A stretch of DNA of 64,000 bases from Minutocellus sp. GHC0000111 (Eukaryota). Location of the stretch: the NCBI GenBank assembly GCA_977018835.1, contig OZ361261.1, positions 1,860,001-1,924,000 on the forward strand. The letters run 5' to 3'. The notes beneath the pieces were generated by a model that saw only the letters and a program-made list of their open reading frames with translations, did not search any database and had not been told where the DNA came from. The position numbers were made by a program, and so were the translations under genes. Below are positions 33,723-45,531 of this stretch, in pieces (position 1 is the stretch's first letter; each line of letters starts with the position of its first letter).

Positions 33723-36244
33723 CTAGTCGCACGAAACCAGAACGGGCTGGACCCTCTTCTTTTCTTCTTGGGCTGGAGAATATTGGGCTCGGCCGCCGTG
33801 GCCGTGGTAGTCTCAGCAGCCACCATCGTCGTCACGACCGCAGCGGTGTCGGTGCCGCTGCCGGTGACATCGGTCGAGTCCTCCATCTTGTTGTCCGCAG
33901 CGTCGGTAACCATGGCATTGGTCTCATTGATCTCCGAATTCCCAACGGGGAGGAGGGTAGGGACGACCCTCTTCTTTCCAGCCTTGTTGGTCACCTTGGC
34001 GGCATCACCGCCTGTATTGGGAGGAGTCACACTGACTGCCTTGGTAGAGGTATCGTTGCTGGGTGTAGCCGCTGCCGTAGAAGTAGTAGCGGCCCGGGGC
34101 ACCGGCACGATCGGCGTCGAGGCGAGCTTGGCGGCCTCCTCCCGAACAATCTTGGTCTCGGCAGCTACCAGGGCCGGCACGTACCTTTCCCCGAGCTCCC
34201 CATCGGCAAAGTTGAGGATGCTGATGTACCCATCCCGGCTGCTCACCATCAGGGTCAGTCCATCGGGCGACCAAACGGCATCGGTGAGGTTGGCATAGTG
34301 CAATCCACGAGCGATGGCCAGGGGAGTGGTGTGGTAGGTATCGTAAATGACGACCGAATCGAGGGTAAGGACGGCAAAGATGGACCGGTACGGGAGGTTC
34401 AATGACGTGGACGATGGGACACCGGCGGTATCATCCTCCGATTCAGATACCTTGGGGCGGGTGGCACCGGGAGGGAGCTTGAAGAACACGGGGTTGGGAC
34501 GGACGACGACGGAGGGCTTCTCCAGACCACTCAAGACCCGGGCGGGCTGCTCGAAGTGGTGGCGGGAGAAGAGGCAGGTGGCGTACGACGGTCCCTCGGC
34601 GGCGCCGTCTGCGGGGGTGCCACTGTCGTCGGACTCCTTCTTGTCGCAGTGCCAGAGGGCGGCGGGACAGATGAGGTAGGCGCCGTCGGCGGTCCAGCTC
34701 AGACGGCGGAAGAAGGACTCGACGGTGGACTCGTCGCCAAACAGATGCTGGCGGCGGACATTCTTCTCCTTTTCCGGCTGGGGCTGAGATGTAGCGGCAT
34801 CGCCCTCGGCAGTGGTAGCAGCTCCTGCTCCCTCCTGGCCTTCCTTGTCCTTGTTGTTCTCCCCCTCCTTGTCCTTGTCCTCCTCCTTCTTCTCGAGGCA
34901 CGAGTTGTCCCGGAACTTGATGATCTTGGCCTTGTTCAGCTCGAACTTGCCGTTGGTGAAGGCCCGGCCGCTGACGACGTTGATCCTGGCCCGGGCGAGG
35001 AGCTGTTCTTCGGCCGACGGCTCCGGCTTGGCCTTCGGCGGCTGCTCCTCCTGATCCTTGGGTGCATCGGCAGCAGTGGCATTGGCCCCATCTCCACCCT
35101 TGGCTTCAGCGGCAGTGTCATTGCTACTCTTCTCGGCGGCATCCTTGTCAGCCTTCTCCTTGCTACTCTCCGCCTGCAGCTGCATCTGGATCTGCTTGTC
35201 GATCACCTTCTTCTTCCTGGACCAAACCCTAACGGTCCGATCGGCCCCCTGACTGGCCAGATAGACCCCCCTCGGATCCATACTCACACCCTGCACGTAT
35301 CCGCAGTGATCGGTGGTCGATCTATGGACGGTCGACCACTTGGGTTCCTCGTCGGCGATGCCGGTAATGTCGTGATGGACGTTCTCGTAGGTCACGAGGG
35401 TGTGATCGAGGCAGGCCACGGTGAGACGTTTGGAATCGTGCGACCAGGAGACGTCCAGGACGTCATGGGTGGACGGGGAGGGGAGGGCCTTGATTCGGAG
35501 GAGGCGCTCGCCGTCGTTGGTGGAGGGGGCGGTGGAGGTGGCGGCGGTGGAGCTTTTCGTCGCATTACCTCCGGTAGTGGTGCCCGTAGTACCAGCCGCG
35601 GCGGTCTCGCTGCCCCCGTTGCCAATGACCTCGCACCAAACTCGTCCGTTCTTGGCCGGTGCCTGCGTGGGATCGAGAATGGGAATGTGCGCTCTTGGCA
35701 GAGTGTAGACCACTACCACGCCGCCGTCCCCGGCAGCGGCTAGATGCCGTCCGTCGGGGGAGAACTTGACGGCGTTGAGGGAGCGGTCGATGGTCCGGCC
35801 CAGAGTTTGGACGTGCCGGATGACGTGTTTGAGGGGAGAGGCGGTGGTGATGGAGGAGGAGCCGTCCTGGAGGATCCGGCTGCGCTTGCCGCTGCCGCTG
35901 GTGGTATTGGCGGAGTTATTGTTGGGATTGTTGGCAGCCTCCTCGGCCGTTACGTCCATCTTGGTCGGCTCGGCGGTATTCCCAGCATTCGCAGCCTTGT
36001 CGTTGACACGAGAGAAGCCGACCTCCCACAGATGGATCTCGGGGGTGTTTCCGACGGTGGCCAGGATGTTGCGCGAGGAAGTATGGCTGGAACTACCGGA
36101 GGAGGAATTGCCGCTATTGCTGTTGCTGTTGGTATTATTGGCCGTCTCGACGGGAAGCATCGAGCACGAGTGCAGCGGCGCCGCCTTGCCCTTGTCGACG
36201 TCGGCGTTGCTGTGCCACAATATCTGGGGAGTTTCGATCTTCAT
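33723..36244 (-). CDS. CHAF1B: Chromatin assembly factor 1 subunit B (p60/Cac2/FAS2), WD40 protein
   Basis: MKIETPQILWH, NAVKFSPDG, YVQGVSMDP, SFFRRLSWTADG, LPYRSIFAV, LHYANLTDAVWSPDG. The end assumes one missing A near 33760. Confidence 0.9.
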
Positions 36245-36823
36245 TCTTGTGTGTGATTTATTGTACGGATTGAATATTGTGCGATGGATTGGTTCGCGGT
36301 TTGGCCCGATCAACTTGTAGTATGTGGGCAACGAGGGGCAGGCGCGGATATGCTCATTCAAGATTTTTGCGCGGGAAAGTTTTTTGTGGCACGCGTTGTG
36401 CTGGTTTTCCAAGGAAGCAAAGGGGAGGAAGATACGGATCAAATCAAGCCAACTGCGTGGTCCAACAGAGATATGCGCTCTCGACTAGACGGTGTGGCGT
36501 ATCTTCCAAGCAGCGTGTCGAGCGGAGCGGTAGCGGCGGCAGGTCGAGGTCCGTCATTGTGGTGGCGAGGCGAGAGGGTCGCTGGCGGTTTCGGCGGGGG
36601 CCTCGCGCGCCGGCCGGCCTCATTTTTGAAACTGAGGCTGGGCCGGGCAGGCTCGCCATCGAGCAAAAAAACGGCCTGGCCGTCGAATGCGAACAACATT
36701 CGGCGATGGCGGAACGAGACCTCGAGACGACTTGACTTGCCACGCAGCAGCTGGTGCCCGAAGATTGCCGAGAACATGGGCACTCGTACTCTCGAGAGGA
36801 ATTGAATTGAATTTTCAACCACC

Positions 36824-37813
36824 ATGGCAGATGTGGCCTCGAATGATGAGCTGTTACACGAGCTGATTTCGGCGATGGCCGACCAGCTTGCGGAGGCGAA
36901 ACTCGATGCTGGAGGCAATCACACCGACGAGGTGCCTGACGATGACCCTGAACTATGGAAGCCCCACCCGCCCAATGCAGACTGCCCCATTTGTCTAATT
37001 CCGTTACCTCGTCTTGCAGAGCAATCCATGTACTTTCCCTGCTGTGGCAAGCGTGTTTGCAGCGCATGCGACTGCGAACATTACCGAGCCACCAACATCA
37101 CAAACGCCAAGAGGAAGAGGAAGGAATTGCCGCCTCTCCCTTTAAGCTGTCCGTTTTGCAGGGTTCCCGATTGGGATACGGACGCGGAACTAATCAAACG
37201 GTACCAAAATCGGGTCGAAAAGGGCGACGCGCAGGCTATGTATGTCTTCGCTGGAAAATTTAGATTCGGAGAAAATGGAGTACCAAAGGACACGTTGAAA
37301 GCTTTGGAACTATGGCAGCAAGCTGCAGATTTAGGATGCGCTGACGCATTTTCTGAATTAGGGCGTTGCTACACATTCGGCGATGGCATTGATGAAGACG
37401 AATTGAAAGGAATGCATTGTCTCAACATTGCTGCGAAGAAGGGAAGCGTAGATGCTCGTCACAACGTTGCTACCATCTTTAATGAGCTTGGAAATGACGA
37501 TCTCGCTATCAAACACCTGAGACTAGCAGTCGGAGCTGGATTTGACACCTCAATGGACGCATTGTGGGCCTTTTTCCACACAGGCAAGATCAGAAAAGAC
37601 GATCTCGAGGATTGTCTCAGGGCCCACAAGCGAGCCAGCGATGAGATGAAGAGTGGAGAGCGCGAAAGATGGCTTGCATGGAAGAAGGCCGAAGAAGATG
37701 ATGATATTGATTATTTTGATTTGAAAAACGTTTACAAATGCTATTATGCGGGCATGCTAAATGCAAAAGAATTAAAGAAGGCCTTGGAAGTTCATGGGTC
37801 GGCGAACACGTAA
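36824..37813 (+). CDS. RING-like zinc finger plus Sel1-repeat protein
   Basis: DCPICLIPLP...PCCGKRVCSAC...CPFCR, then Sel1 repeats (GDAQAMY...GVPKDTLKALELWQQAADLG) and LRAHK..DEMKS.ER. Confidence 0.85.
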   Translation: MADVASNDELLHELISAMADQLAEAKLDAGGNHTDEVPDDDPELWKPHPPNADCPICLIPLPRLAEQSMYFPCCGKRVCSACDCEHYRATNITNAKRKRKELPPLPLSCPFCRVPDWDTDAELIKRYQNRVEKGDAQAMYVFAGKFRFGENGVPKDTLKALELWQQAADLGCADAFSELGRCYTFGDGIDEDELKGMHCLNIAAKKGSVDARHNVATIFNELGNDDLAIKHLRLAVGAGFDTSMDALWAFFHTGKIRKDDLEDCLRAHKRASDEMKSGERERWLAWKKAEEDDDIDYFDLKNVYKCYYAGMLNAKELKKALEVHGSANT

Positions 37814-37963
37814 TTTTTAGAACATGTAGGAAGTGGTGAAGAGGATTTAATTTGGCCATGCTACTGCGAAACTTGAGTTGCTGAGAATGCGTACGAACAT
37901 ATATAAACTATAAAAAGAAAGATTATGTTTCTGACCTCTTTACAGTGCACATTTTGTAACTAC

Positions 37964-39376
37964 CTACTTCGACTTGCCCATACCCTTGGCAACACGCTTC
38001 TTGAGCTGCTTGACGCGCTTGTTGGCCTTGGCCTCGGCGGCGGCACGCTTACTAACGCCCGCCTTTCTACCTCCGGCCTTGAATTTATTCTTTTCGGATG
38101 ATGGAGCACCACGCATGCGCTTCTTCTTGCCACCAGCACTGGCACCCGCCTTGAGGAAGGAGGCAGCACCAGTCGATGGGCCCGAAGACGATTCCTGCTT
38201 CCTCTTCTTTCCTGATACTCTCCGAGCCCCGCCGGTGACCTCGGTGGCACGCCGTCCCTCGAATTTGCGCGACTTGCTGGACGAGCCCTCTCCATCGGCC
38301 GGTGCGTCGACACGTCCCTTCTTGCCCTTGAATCTCTTACCACAGACCATGACGCGGATATTTCGTCGCATGTACTCGGTATCGTGCATCTGCAGCGCCG
38401 CAGCGACGTGGCTGCGATCACTCAACAGAACATATCCAAATCCCTTGCATTGCTGCGTCTCGGGATCACGGATGATTCTCACGCCCTCCACGTCGTCGTC
38501 TTCCATTTCGCAGCCCACAATAAAGTGCTCCCGGAGTGACGCTTCGTCGGCAGCATAGGGCAGGTTGCCCACAAATACCGACCGAGTACTGTCAATACTG
38601 GGTTTGGACCGGTCGACACGCAACCTTAGGTTCATCCCATCAGCCTTGATTGCCTCGTTGTTCATCTTGAGAGCTTCCGCCACGGAATCAGCAGAGACAA
38701 ACACAACGTAGCCCTGAACAGTCTTCTTGGGAGTGTCGGTGCTGACCTTCTTGGTATTGACGCACACCTTGCGCATGAGGTTTTGATCACCGGCCTTCTC
38801 GGGGGGCAGCTTGACACCCTCGACGGCAATGGATCGAAGGCGGGTGCTCTCCACCTTGCCGCAGGGTTTGAACATGGTGGCCAAAGACTTGCGCGTGGTG
38901 GAGGGTGGGAGATTGCCAACAAAGATGGTACGATCGCCGTTTTTGTCGGTATCTTCCTCGTCTTCCTCTTGAGCTGCGGCGGCAGCGGCTGCTGCAGAAG
39001 TATCTTCCGACTTCTTCTTCTCCTTCCTCCTCTTCTTTTTCGGCTCATCCTTCTCCTCGGTTTCTTCAGGCGGCGACGCATCGGACTCTCCATCACTGGA
39101 CGAGCCATCGTCATCAGAGGACGAATCATCGCCACTATCCGACTCCTCCCTCTTCTTTTTCTTCTTCTGCTGTTGTTCTTTCAAGGCATCTTTTGCCGCC
39201 TGTGCAGCCGCCGACACCTTCTTCTTTTCTTCCAAACTTTCCAGCTTGGCCTTCCCATCGAAGAGGCTGTTGAGGCCTTCGCCGGAGGACTCGGCGCCGC
39301 CAACATTGCGCTTCTTGTTCTTTTTGGTGCTGGCGCTGCTGCCGCCGCCGCCGAAGATGGACGACAGGAGGGACAT
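37964..39376 (-). CDS. NOP12: Nucleolar RNA-binding protein Nop12/RBM34 (two RRMs)
   Basis: RTIFVGNLP...GKVESTRLRS, SVFVGNLPY...VRIIRD...KGFGYV, with Lys/Arg-rich termini. Confidence 0.85.
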   Translation of the reverse strand: MSLLSSIFGGGGSSASTKKNKKRNVGGAESSGEGLNSLFDGKAKLESLEEKKKVSAAAQAAKDALKEQQQKKKKKREESDSGDDSSSDDDGSSSDGESDASPPEETEEKDEPKKKRRKEKKKSEDTSAAAAAAAAQEEDEEDTDKNGDRTIFVGNLPPSTTRKSLATMFKPCGKVESTRLRSIAVEGVKLPPEKAGDQNLMRKVCVNTKKVSTDTPKKTVQGYVVFVSADSVAEALKMNNEAIKADGMNLRLRVDRSKPSIDSTRSVFVGNLPYAADEASLREHFIVGCEMEDDDVEGVRIIRDPETQQCKGFGYVLLSDRSHVAAALQMHDTEYMRRNIRVMVCGKRFKGKKGRVDAPADGEGSSSKSRKFEGRRATEVTGGARRVSGKKRKQESSSGPSTGAASFLKAGASAGGKKKRMRGAPSSEKNKFKAGGRKAGVSKRAAAEAKANKRVKQLKKRVAKGMGKSK

Positions 39377-39610
39377 GGTGAGGCGAGATGAAAGTAGCGC
39401 AAGTCAAAAATGAAGCAAACATCTTGGTGGTCCTCGCGGTCTCGCGAGCTGGGCGGTCGACGGAAAGGTCAGGGTTCGCTCCAGCCCAGGTGCGAACCTC
39501 TCCAGCGGAATGGAAAAGAACAACACCAAACTGCATACCTATTCTACTAGCTAGGTATCCGAACAGATGAGAACGCTCCCATTTCCCCCAAAACAAACGA
39601 AATACCAACT

Positions 39611-40219
39611 ATGATATCACCGCTCGCATTCATACCTGCCGCCATCGCCTCGGCCATGGCCCTTCTGGTCGTATCTGCAACTAAAAGGTGGCACAAAGAA
39701 ACAGAAGCTGACATGACGGCTCTTTGCGATGAAATAGAAGCGAGTTCCTCTGAAGATGTCAATGAGACTACTAATCTCAAAGGTTTGCCTCTGCCAATAC
39801 AACGGCATCTACAAATATCGCTCGGCCTGGAATCCCCAGACGAAGCGGCCAGGCGAATCAAGATGCTATCCATCAACCAACTAGGTCGATTCCTGCTGAA
39901 TGGCAAGTGGATCGACTTTACAGCGAGACAATTATTTTCGGCGTCGAATGTAAATCCAGGCTTTGTCTGGGAGGCCAATATGAAATTGCCCATGTTTTCG
40001 CTATTCGGACGATCGTTGGTAACCCTTCCCATCCATGTGAAGGATGCCTATGTGAACGGTCGTGGCACGATGATTGGCAAGTTACTGGGCGCGCTGACCA
40101 TTGTTGACATGAGAGATACTCCCGTGCTCAACGAGGGCGAGCTATCGAGGTGGTTGGGAGAATGTATTGTTTTTCCGACCGCTCTCATCCCCGCCGGTAG
40201 CAAAACCGGCCAGAAGTAG
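39611..40219 (+). CDS. Bacterial-like domain of unknown function (DUF6544-like) with N-terminal anchor; apparently 3' truncated
   Basis: LPLPIQRHL, WIDFTARQLF...PGFVWEA, VKDAYVNGRG.M..KLLG, GELSRWLGE...FPTALI. Family name is from memory. Confidence 0.55.
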   Translation: MISPLAFIPAAIASAMALLVVSATKRWHKETEADMTALCDEIEASSSEDVNETTNLKGLPLPIQRHLQISLGLESPDEAARRIKMLSINQLGRFLLNGKWIDFTARQLFSASNVNPGFVWEANMKLPMFSLFGRSLVTLPIHVKDAYVNGRGTMIGKLLGALTIVDMRDTPVLNEGELSRWLGECIVFPTALIPAGSKTGQK

Positions 40220-40887
40220 TTTGCTTTTGGCTTTGCTGATTTTACTTTCTTCACTTCTCGTTGCCTGATTATGTCGATCCTATATATATTAACGTTTACG
40301 TACCGGTGGTAGAAAATTGTCATACATGTACATGAAAACATTCTCTGTTTCGACAGCGATCGTCCGATGCGATGGGCATATTATGTATAAATGTTTCTAT
40401 CACATAGGCATGTCGCGGTAATGGCATTAGCTACGTAGTAGATAGACCGCATGTACGATCGTTTTCATGGTGGTGGCCATTGCAGTGACTTCGGCCCAGC
40501 CCAGCCCCACGCAAATTCGATCGACCGGATCGGCCGGATTTATTTCCTCGACGACGTTCGTACGTCGTCCGTCCGTCTCATCTTCGCTTTTGTGCCAAAC
40601 TTGCAAACTCCCAAACTTGAGCCGTATCCATCTGCTGGCATCGACCGTCCCTCTGTACGGTAACAGAGTACCTCTGGCGAGCACAGCAACTTCTGTGAGC
40701 CAATTGCTTCTCCTACGGGTAGGAAAGATAGGTGCTGCTGTCTTCTTGCCCTTCGCTGGTCGGCCCAGGAGCAACTGCAAAACCAGGCGCAGAAAAGCCC
40801 TTCGCTCTGCGTCCCGCTTCCCGCACAACTTCCAGAAGCACAGCAAGCACTGGTCATAACAAGTATACAGAGGGTCAGAACCAAACC

Positions 40888-43847
40888 ATGTCGGCCAGCC
40901 CAATGTCTTCGCCGCCACAGACTTTGCGCCGACCGCCGTCCAATCGGTCGGTGCAATCACAGTCGAACTTCAAGACGGCGCTGGGGCGCATACCGGTGCC
41001 CGCTCAGCTGATGGAGGGCCTTCCGGTGATGAAGGTCAACTCGGTACGTTCTCCAATTACTTGTCGTCACTTATGCCGCTTGTCGTGATTTTGCTTCCAA
41101 TGGAGCAGTTTGCAGTGTTGCATTTGATAACGCGGTTTTCTTTATGTCGTGGCTCATTCTTTCTTTACACTCCCCTGCCTGAACATAACTCCCATTCAAT
41201 TCCTTCGGTCGGTTTCGTCGCTTTATATCAACGCCGTAACACATAAATAGAACGGCATTCTGAAGCCAGCCTTCCTCACCCTGTCGGAGGACAAGTTCAC
41301 TCTCTACATCACGTCGGCAAAAGTGAAGAACAGCTCATCCAGCACTTTGTCGCTGATGAAGCCATCCAATCTGGTATCGCGAGTTCGCAGCATCAGCATG
41401 GGGTCGGGAACCGGCGCCTCCACCGACGATGGGTTGGAGAGCGTCAATACCATGGCCGAACTGAACAAGGAGCTGGCCGTGGAAATTGGTTCGTTTGATC
41501 GCATTCAGAGAGGCCAGAATACCCTCCGCTTTGAGAAGGCTCGGTAAGTACCGCTTGGACTTTGGCTTTATCGTATTTCACGTTTGTATTAACTCTTTAG
41601 CCTCCATTTATCTAATAATTGAATGCCGTCCACATGCATGATTGGGCAAACAGAAAAGCAATGAAGGTGACGCTGGGATCTCCCATGAAGGTGGCAAAGA
41701 AGGGATATGCGGAAGCTTCCATGGATTCCACAAAATGTTTCTCTGTCATCTTTCGGGGCGGCAAGACTTTGGATTTGATGACGACCGATCAGGACGACCG
41801 CGATGAAATCCTCGATGCGTTGGATCGGCTCCTACATGCATACCAGCAGGCCAAGAAACGAGTTGGAAATGATATGCTCCTGCTTCGTTACATCTGGACA
41901 GACGTGGATAGAAACAAAACCAATTTGATCAATGCAGCTGAGCTGGGAGCAATCTTGGACAGGATCAATTACTACATGAAGAAGTCGCAACTGAATTCGG
42001 CCTTTGAGCAATTTTCCAAGATTATTGGTCTGGATCGGAGTGAGAGGAAACGAGGTCTTACATTTGAGCAGGTCGTTACCTTCCTTCACAAGCTAAAACG
42101 AGATACGTGGCAGGTCAAACCAGTGCATCAAATTTGGGTCGATGTGTTTGGAGAATTCATGAACAATGGCAAACCGCGGCAACGAGTGTCGGCGCAGACC
42201 TTTCTCGACCGGTTCCTCAAGAGGACCCAGGGGCAAGAGGATGCAACAATTGAGTATGTTAGTGATTTATTTCTCAGATTGAATGAAATGGAGATTGCCA
42301 ACACATCGACGCAAGGTCAGATCGAGCCTGCCATGAGAAATCGCTACATCACCAAGGACACCTTTGAGGCGTACCTCGCCAGCAACGAAAACAGCGCCTT
42401 CGACCCCTTGCGAGAAAAGTTCGATGAGCACAACATGTCCAAACCGTTGTCGGAGTACTGGATCAACACCAGCCACAACACCTACTTGACGGGCGACCAA
42501 TTGACATCGACATCCAGCGTGGAAATGTACATGACCGCATTGTATCGCGGATGTCGCTGCGTCGAGCTCGACATCTGGGACGGTGATCGAGATCCCAGGG
42601 ATGGCCTCCCGATGCCGGTGGTGAAGCACGGCCACACAATGACATCGAAGATTCCCTTTGCCGACATTCTGAAATCGATCAAAATGTTCCTCAACTTCAA
42701 TCCGTACAGCTATCCTATCATTTTGTCGCTCGAGAATCACTGCAGCATCCCGTATCAGGAGGTGATGGCGGATCAATTGACCATCATCCTTGGAAGCCGC
42801 CTCTATGTGCCCGATGAGGCCTCGCTGGAAGGCCCTCTGCCTTCGCCTGAACGGTTGAGAGGTATGGTGGTGCTGAAAGGCAGACGGCCTCTTGGCGCTG
42901 CGGCGGATGATGTAGCCGTGTATGATTCCGATGACGATGAATCGCTCCTTACCGGCACAGGCTCGGTAATGACAGGCGCCAACACAATGAGTACGGTCAA
43001 GGCAAGCAGTGTGGATATCAAGATTGCTCCGCAGCTAGCCCAACAAACTCTCTTCCACGGCACCATGTTCAAGAAGTGGGAGGACAGCATGGCCAATCCA
43101 AGGCACCATATGCATTCCTTCTCGGAATCCAAGGTCCGCAGTCTCTGTCGATCTCGTCAATCTCGGTCCTGGATCGTCTACAACCAAACCCACATGTCAC
43201 GAACCTACCCCGCCGGCAAGAGGGTCGACTCTAGCAACTACAACCCTATGCTCGCCTGGGCCACCGGCTGTCAAATGGTCGCCTTGAATTTCCAAACATC
43301 GGACGCAGCCCTTCGTATCAACGACGGTCGCTTTCGTGAGAACGGTAACTGTGGCTATATCTTGAAGCCGTCTCACCTCATGGTGAAAGATCGCGATATT
43401 GATCCAGCCCCAGTGCAAATGACGATCAAAGTCCTCACGGGCTCTTGCCTTCCCAAACCAAAAGGCAAAAACAAAGGAGAGTGCATCGATCCCTACGTCT
43501 TGGTCACTTTGTTCGATGTGAATGCCAACGAGGCGAAGGAGATTTGCACAACATACCGCACAGGGACCGTCCCTGAGAACGGCTTCTTTCCAATTTGGAA
43601 TACCGATCGCGACAAATTCAAGTTCCAGGTAGAGAATCCAACATGTGCCATCCTCCAACTGACAGTCTATGACAGCGACGTTGGCAAGGACGATTTCATC
43701 GCGAGCGCGTGCATTCCCATATCTTGCCTGCGACAGGGCTACAGATGCGTCCGTCTTTACGATGCCAATAATACCCGCAGTGGGGCCTTCGACTTTGCCA
43801 CGTTATTGATTAGGATCAAAATGAGAGCAAAGCAGGCAGAGATATAA
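40888..43847 (+). CDS. Phosphoinositide-specific phospholipase C (PH-EF-X-Y-C2); introns 41044-41250 and 41544-41653
   Basis: YWINTSHNTYLTGDQL, GCRCVELDIWDG, YPIILSLENHC, SRTYPAGKRVDSSNYNP, GCQMVALNFQT and a C2 domain. Both GT-AG introns preserve the frame. Confidence 0.95.
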
Positions 43848-44049
43848 TTATTTTGGAGGTTTGGTGGTGCGGATTTTGGCGGGAATCGGTCGATACCAAT
43901 CAACGATGATGATGACTATCCGAATCCTCTGGAAAACGTTTTTACGAGAAGGTTAGGCGAACGCGTTGTTCCACGGCCACTGAAAAACTGTTCCACGTCG
44001 TCTTCTCGATATGGTGGTCCGCATTTTTTATTTAGCGGAACAACCCGTC

Positions 44050-45431
44050 ATGAAGCAACTCAGCTACCTGTTGCACCATGGCGTGGCAACCACCGTCGTC
44101 GTTGTGCTCATCATTCCTCGAGCGTTCTCTGCCAAGGTTGAAGACCCACCGTACCATCTTCCATTCGATTACGATCCCTTTTCGGAAACCGGACCTTCAC
44201 GGTGGGGAGAAGTCAACGTCACCGGTAATGAGTGGATGAAATATGTTGGGAGGAACCACATTGACCTCGACATCGATGGCAATGAATGCCTTAGCCTTCG
44301 CCGCCCCTCACCACTCAACCTCGTTGCAAATGATAAGTGCAGAGACAACCACGAGATCCTCACCAGGCAGATACGCGACACCGACTGCAAGTTCCACCAT
44401 TTGAACTTTACCATCACGCCTCACACACTGACCGCAACCTTTCCATTGAATGACCGTTTCTGCGAGCGTCCAACCATTGATTTGCCGAATGGCTACCCGT
44501 ATCGCTGGCACGCTCATCGCATCGAGATTCACATCAGGGCCGAGCACGTTTTAGATGGGAGAAGATACGATGGAGAACTGCAAAGTGAGTAACACTCCAG
44601 CAAGTGAGACCCTGCTTTTATCAATTACATTTGCTATTGAACCAATCCAACAAATGATCCGCTCATCATTCTGTCATACATTTCATCCCCGCAGTGAATC
44701 ACCTCGGCCAGAAGGACCAAAAGCGGAAGGTCAGCACCGTGTCGGTGATGCTCGACGCGTCGGGCTACAAGGATAATCCCAAGCTCCAAGCATACATTGA
44801 CAAGTGGCAAGCACACGCCGATGAGATACAGAACGCATGCGCTCGAAGAAATCTCGGCGATAGCAACGGGTCTGAATTCACTATCACCGATCAGACCGAT
44901 ATTTCGCCAAGCTCGTCCTCTGAAACCGGAGAAGATGCAGATGACGCCAACGAGTTCTACTCACCGATGACAGCATTTCAAGCTGCCGATGACAAAGAAC
45001 ACCGGGACGGTACAAATGGCAATGTGAAGAACCCAGGCCTGCGTCGTACCGAAGAGGCCGCAAATGGGACCGACCCAGAAGACGGCGAGGAGGAAGAGCG
45101 AGGGCCTCGCCGAAAGATGTTCCCTTATGATCTTTGGCCAACTATTTTTTATTACAGGTATCAGGGCCAACTTACAATGCCCCCGTGCAGCGAAATCGTT
45201 GTTTGGCGAATTCTGGACGAACCTCTACTTATTTCTCGAAAACAGTTTAAGCAGCTTGGTCGTCTTTTGACGAGCTACATCGACCCTGACACTTGTGAGA
45301 GCGCCGCTGCTGTGTCGCCCCAAGGGGAGAACTACCGACCTTTGGAAAGCATCAACCATGAGAAACAAGAAATGACGCATTGCACCGAGAGAGACTTCAC
45401 CTTTTGGCAGTACCCACCCGATCAACAGTAG
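44050..45431 (+). CDS. Alpha-carbonic anhydrase-like secreted protein; intron 44585-44694
   Basis: GPSRWG, PSPLNL, EHVLDGRRYDGELQMNH, YYRYQGQLTMPPCSEIVVW, NYRPL, plus a hydrophobic N-terminus. Confidence 0.85.
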
Positions 45432-45531
45432 GAACGTCTAAATTAACTAGCTACATAGTAAAAGACACTTTAGTATTTGAATTCGTTTCAGGTTAATCAA
45501 GTGGGCAGTTTGGGTTGCCACCATTTATTGT

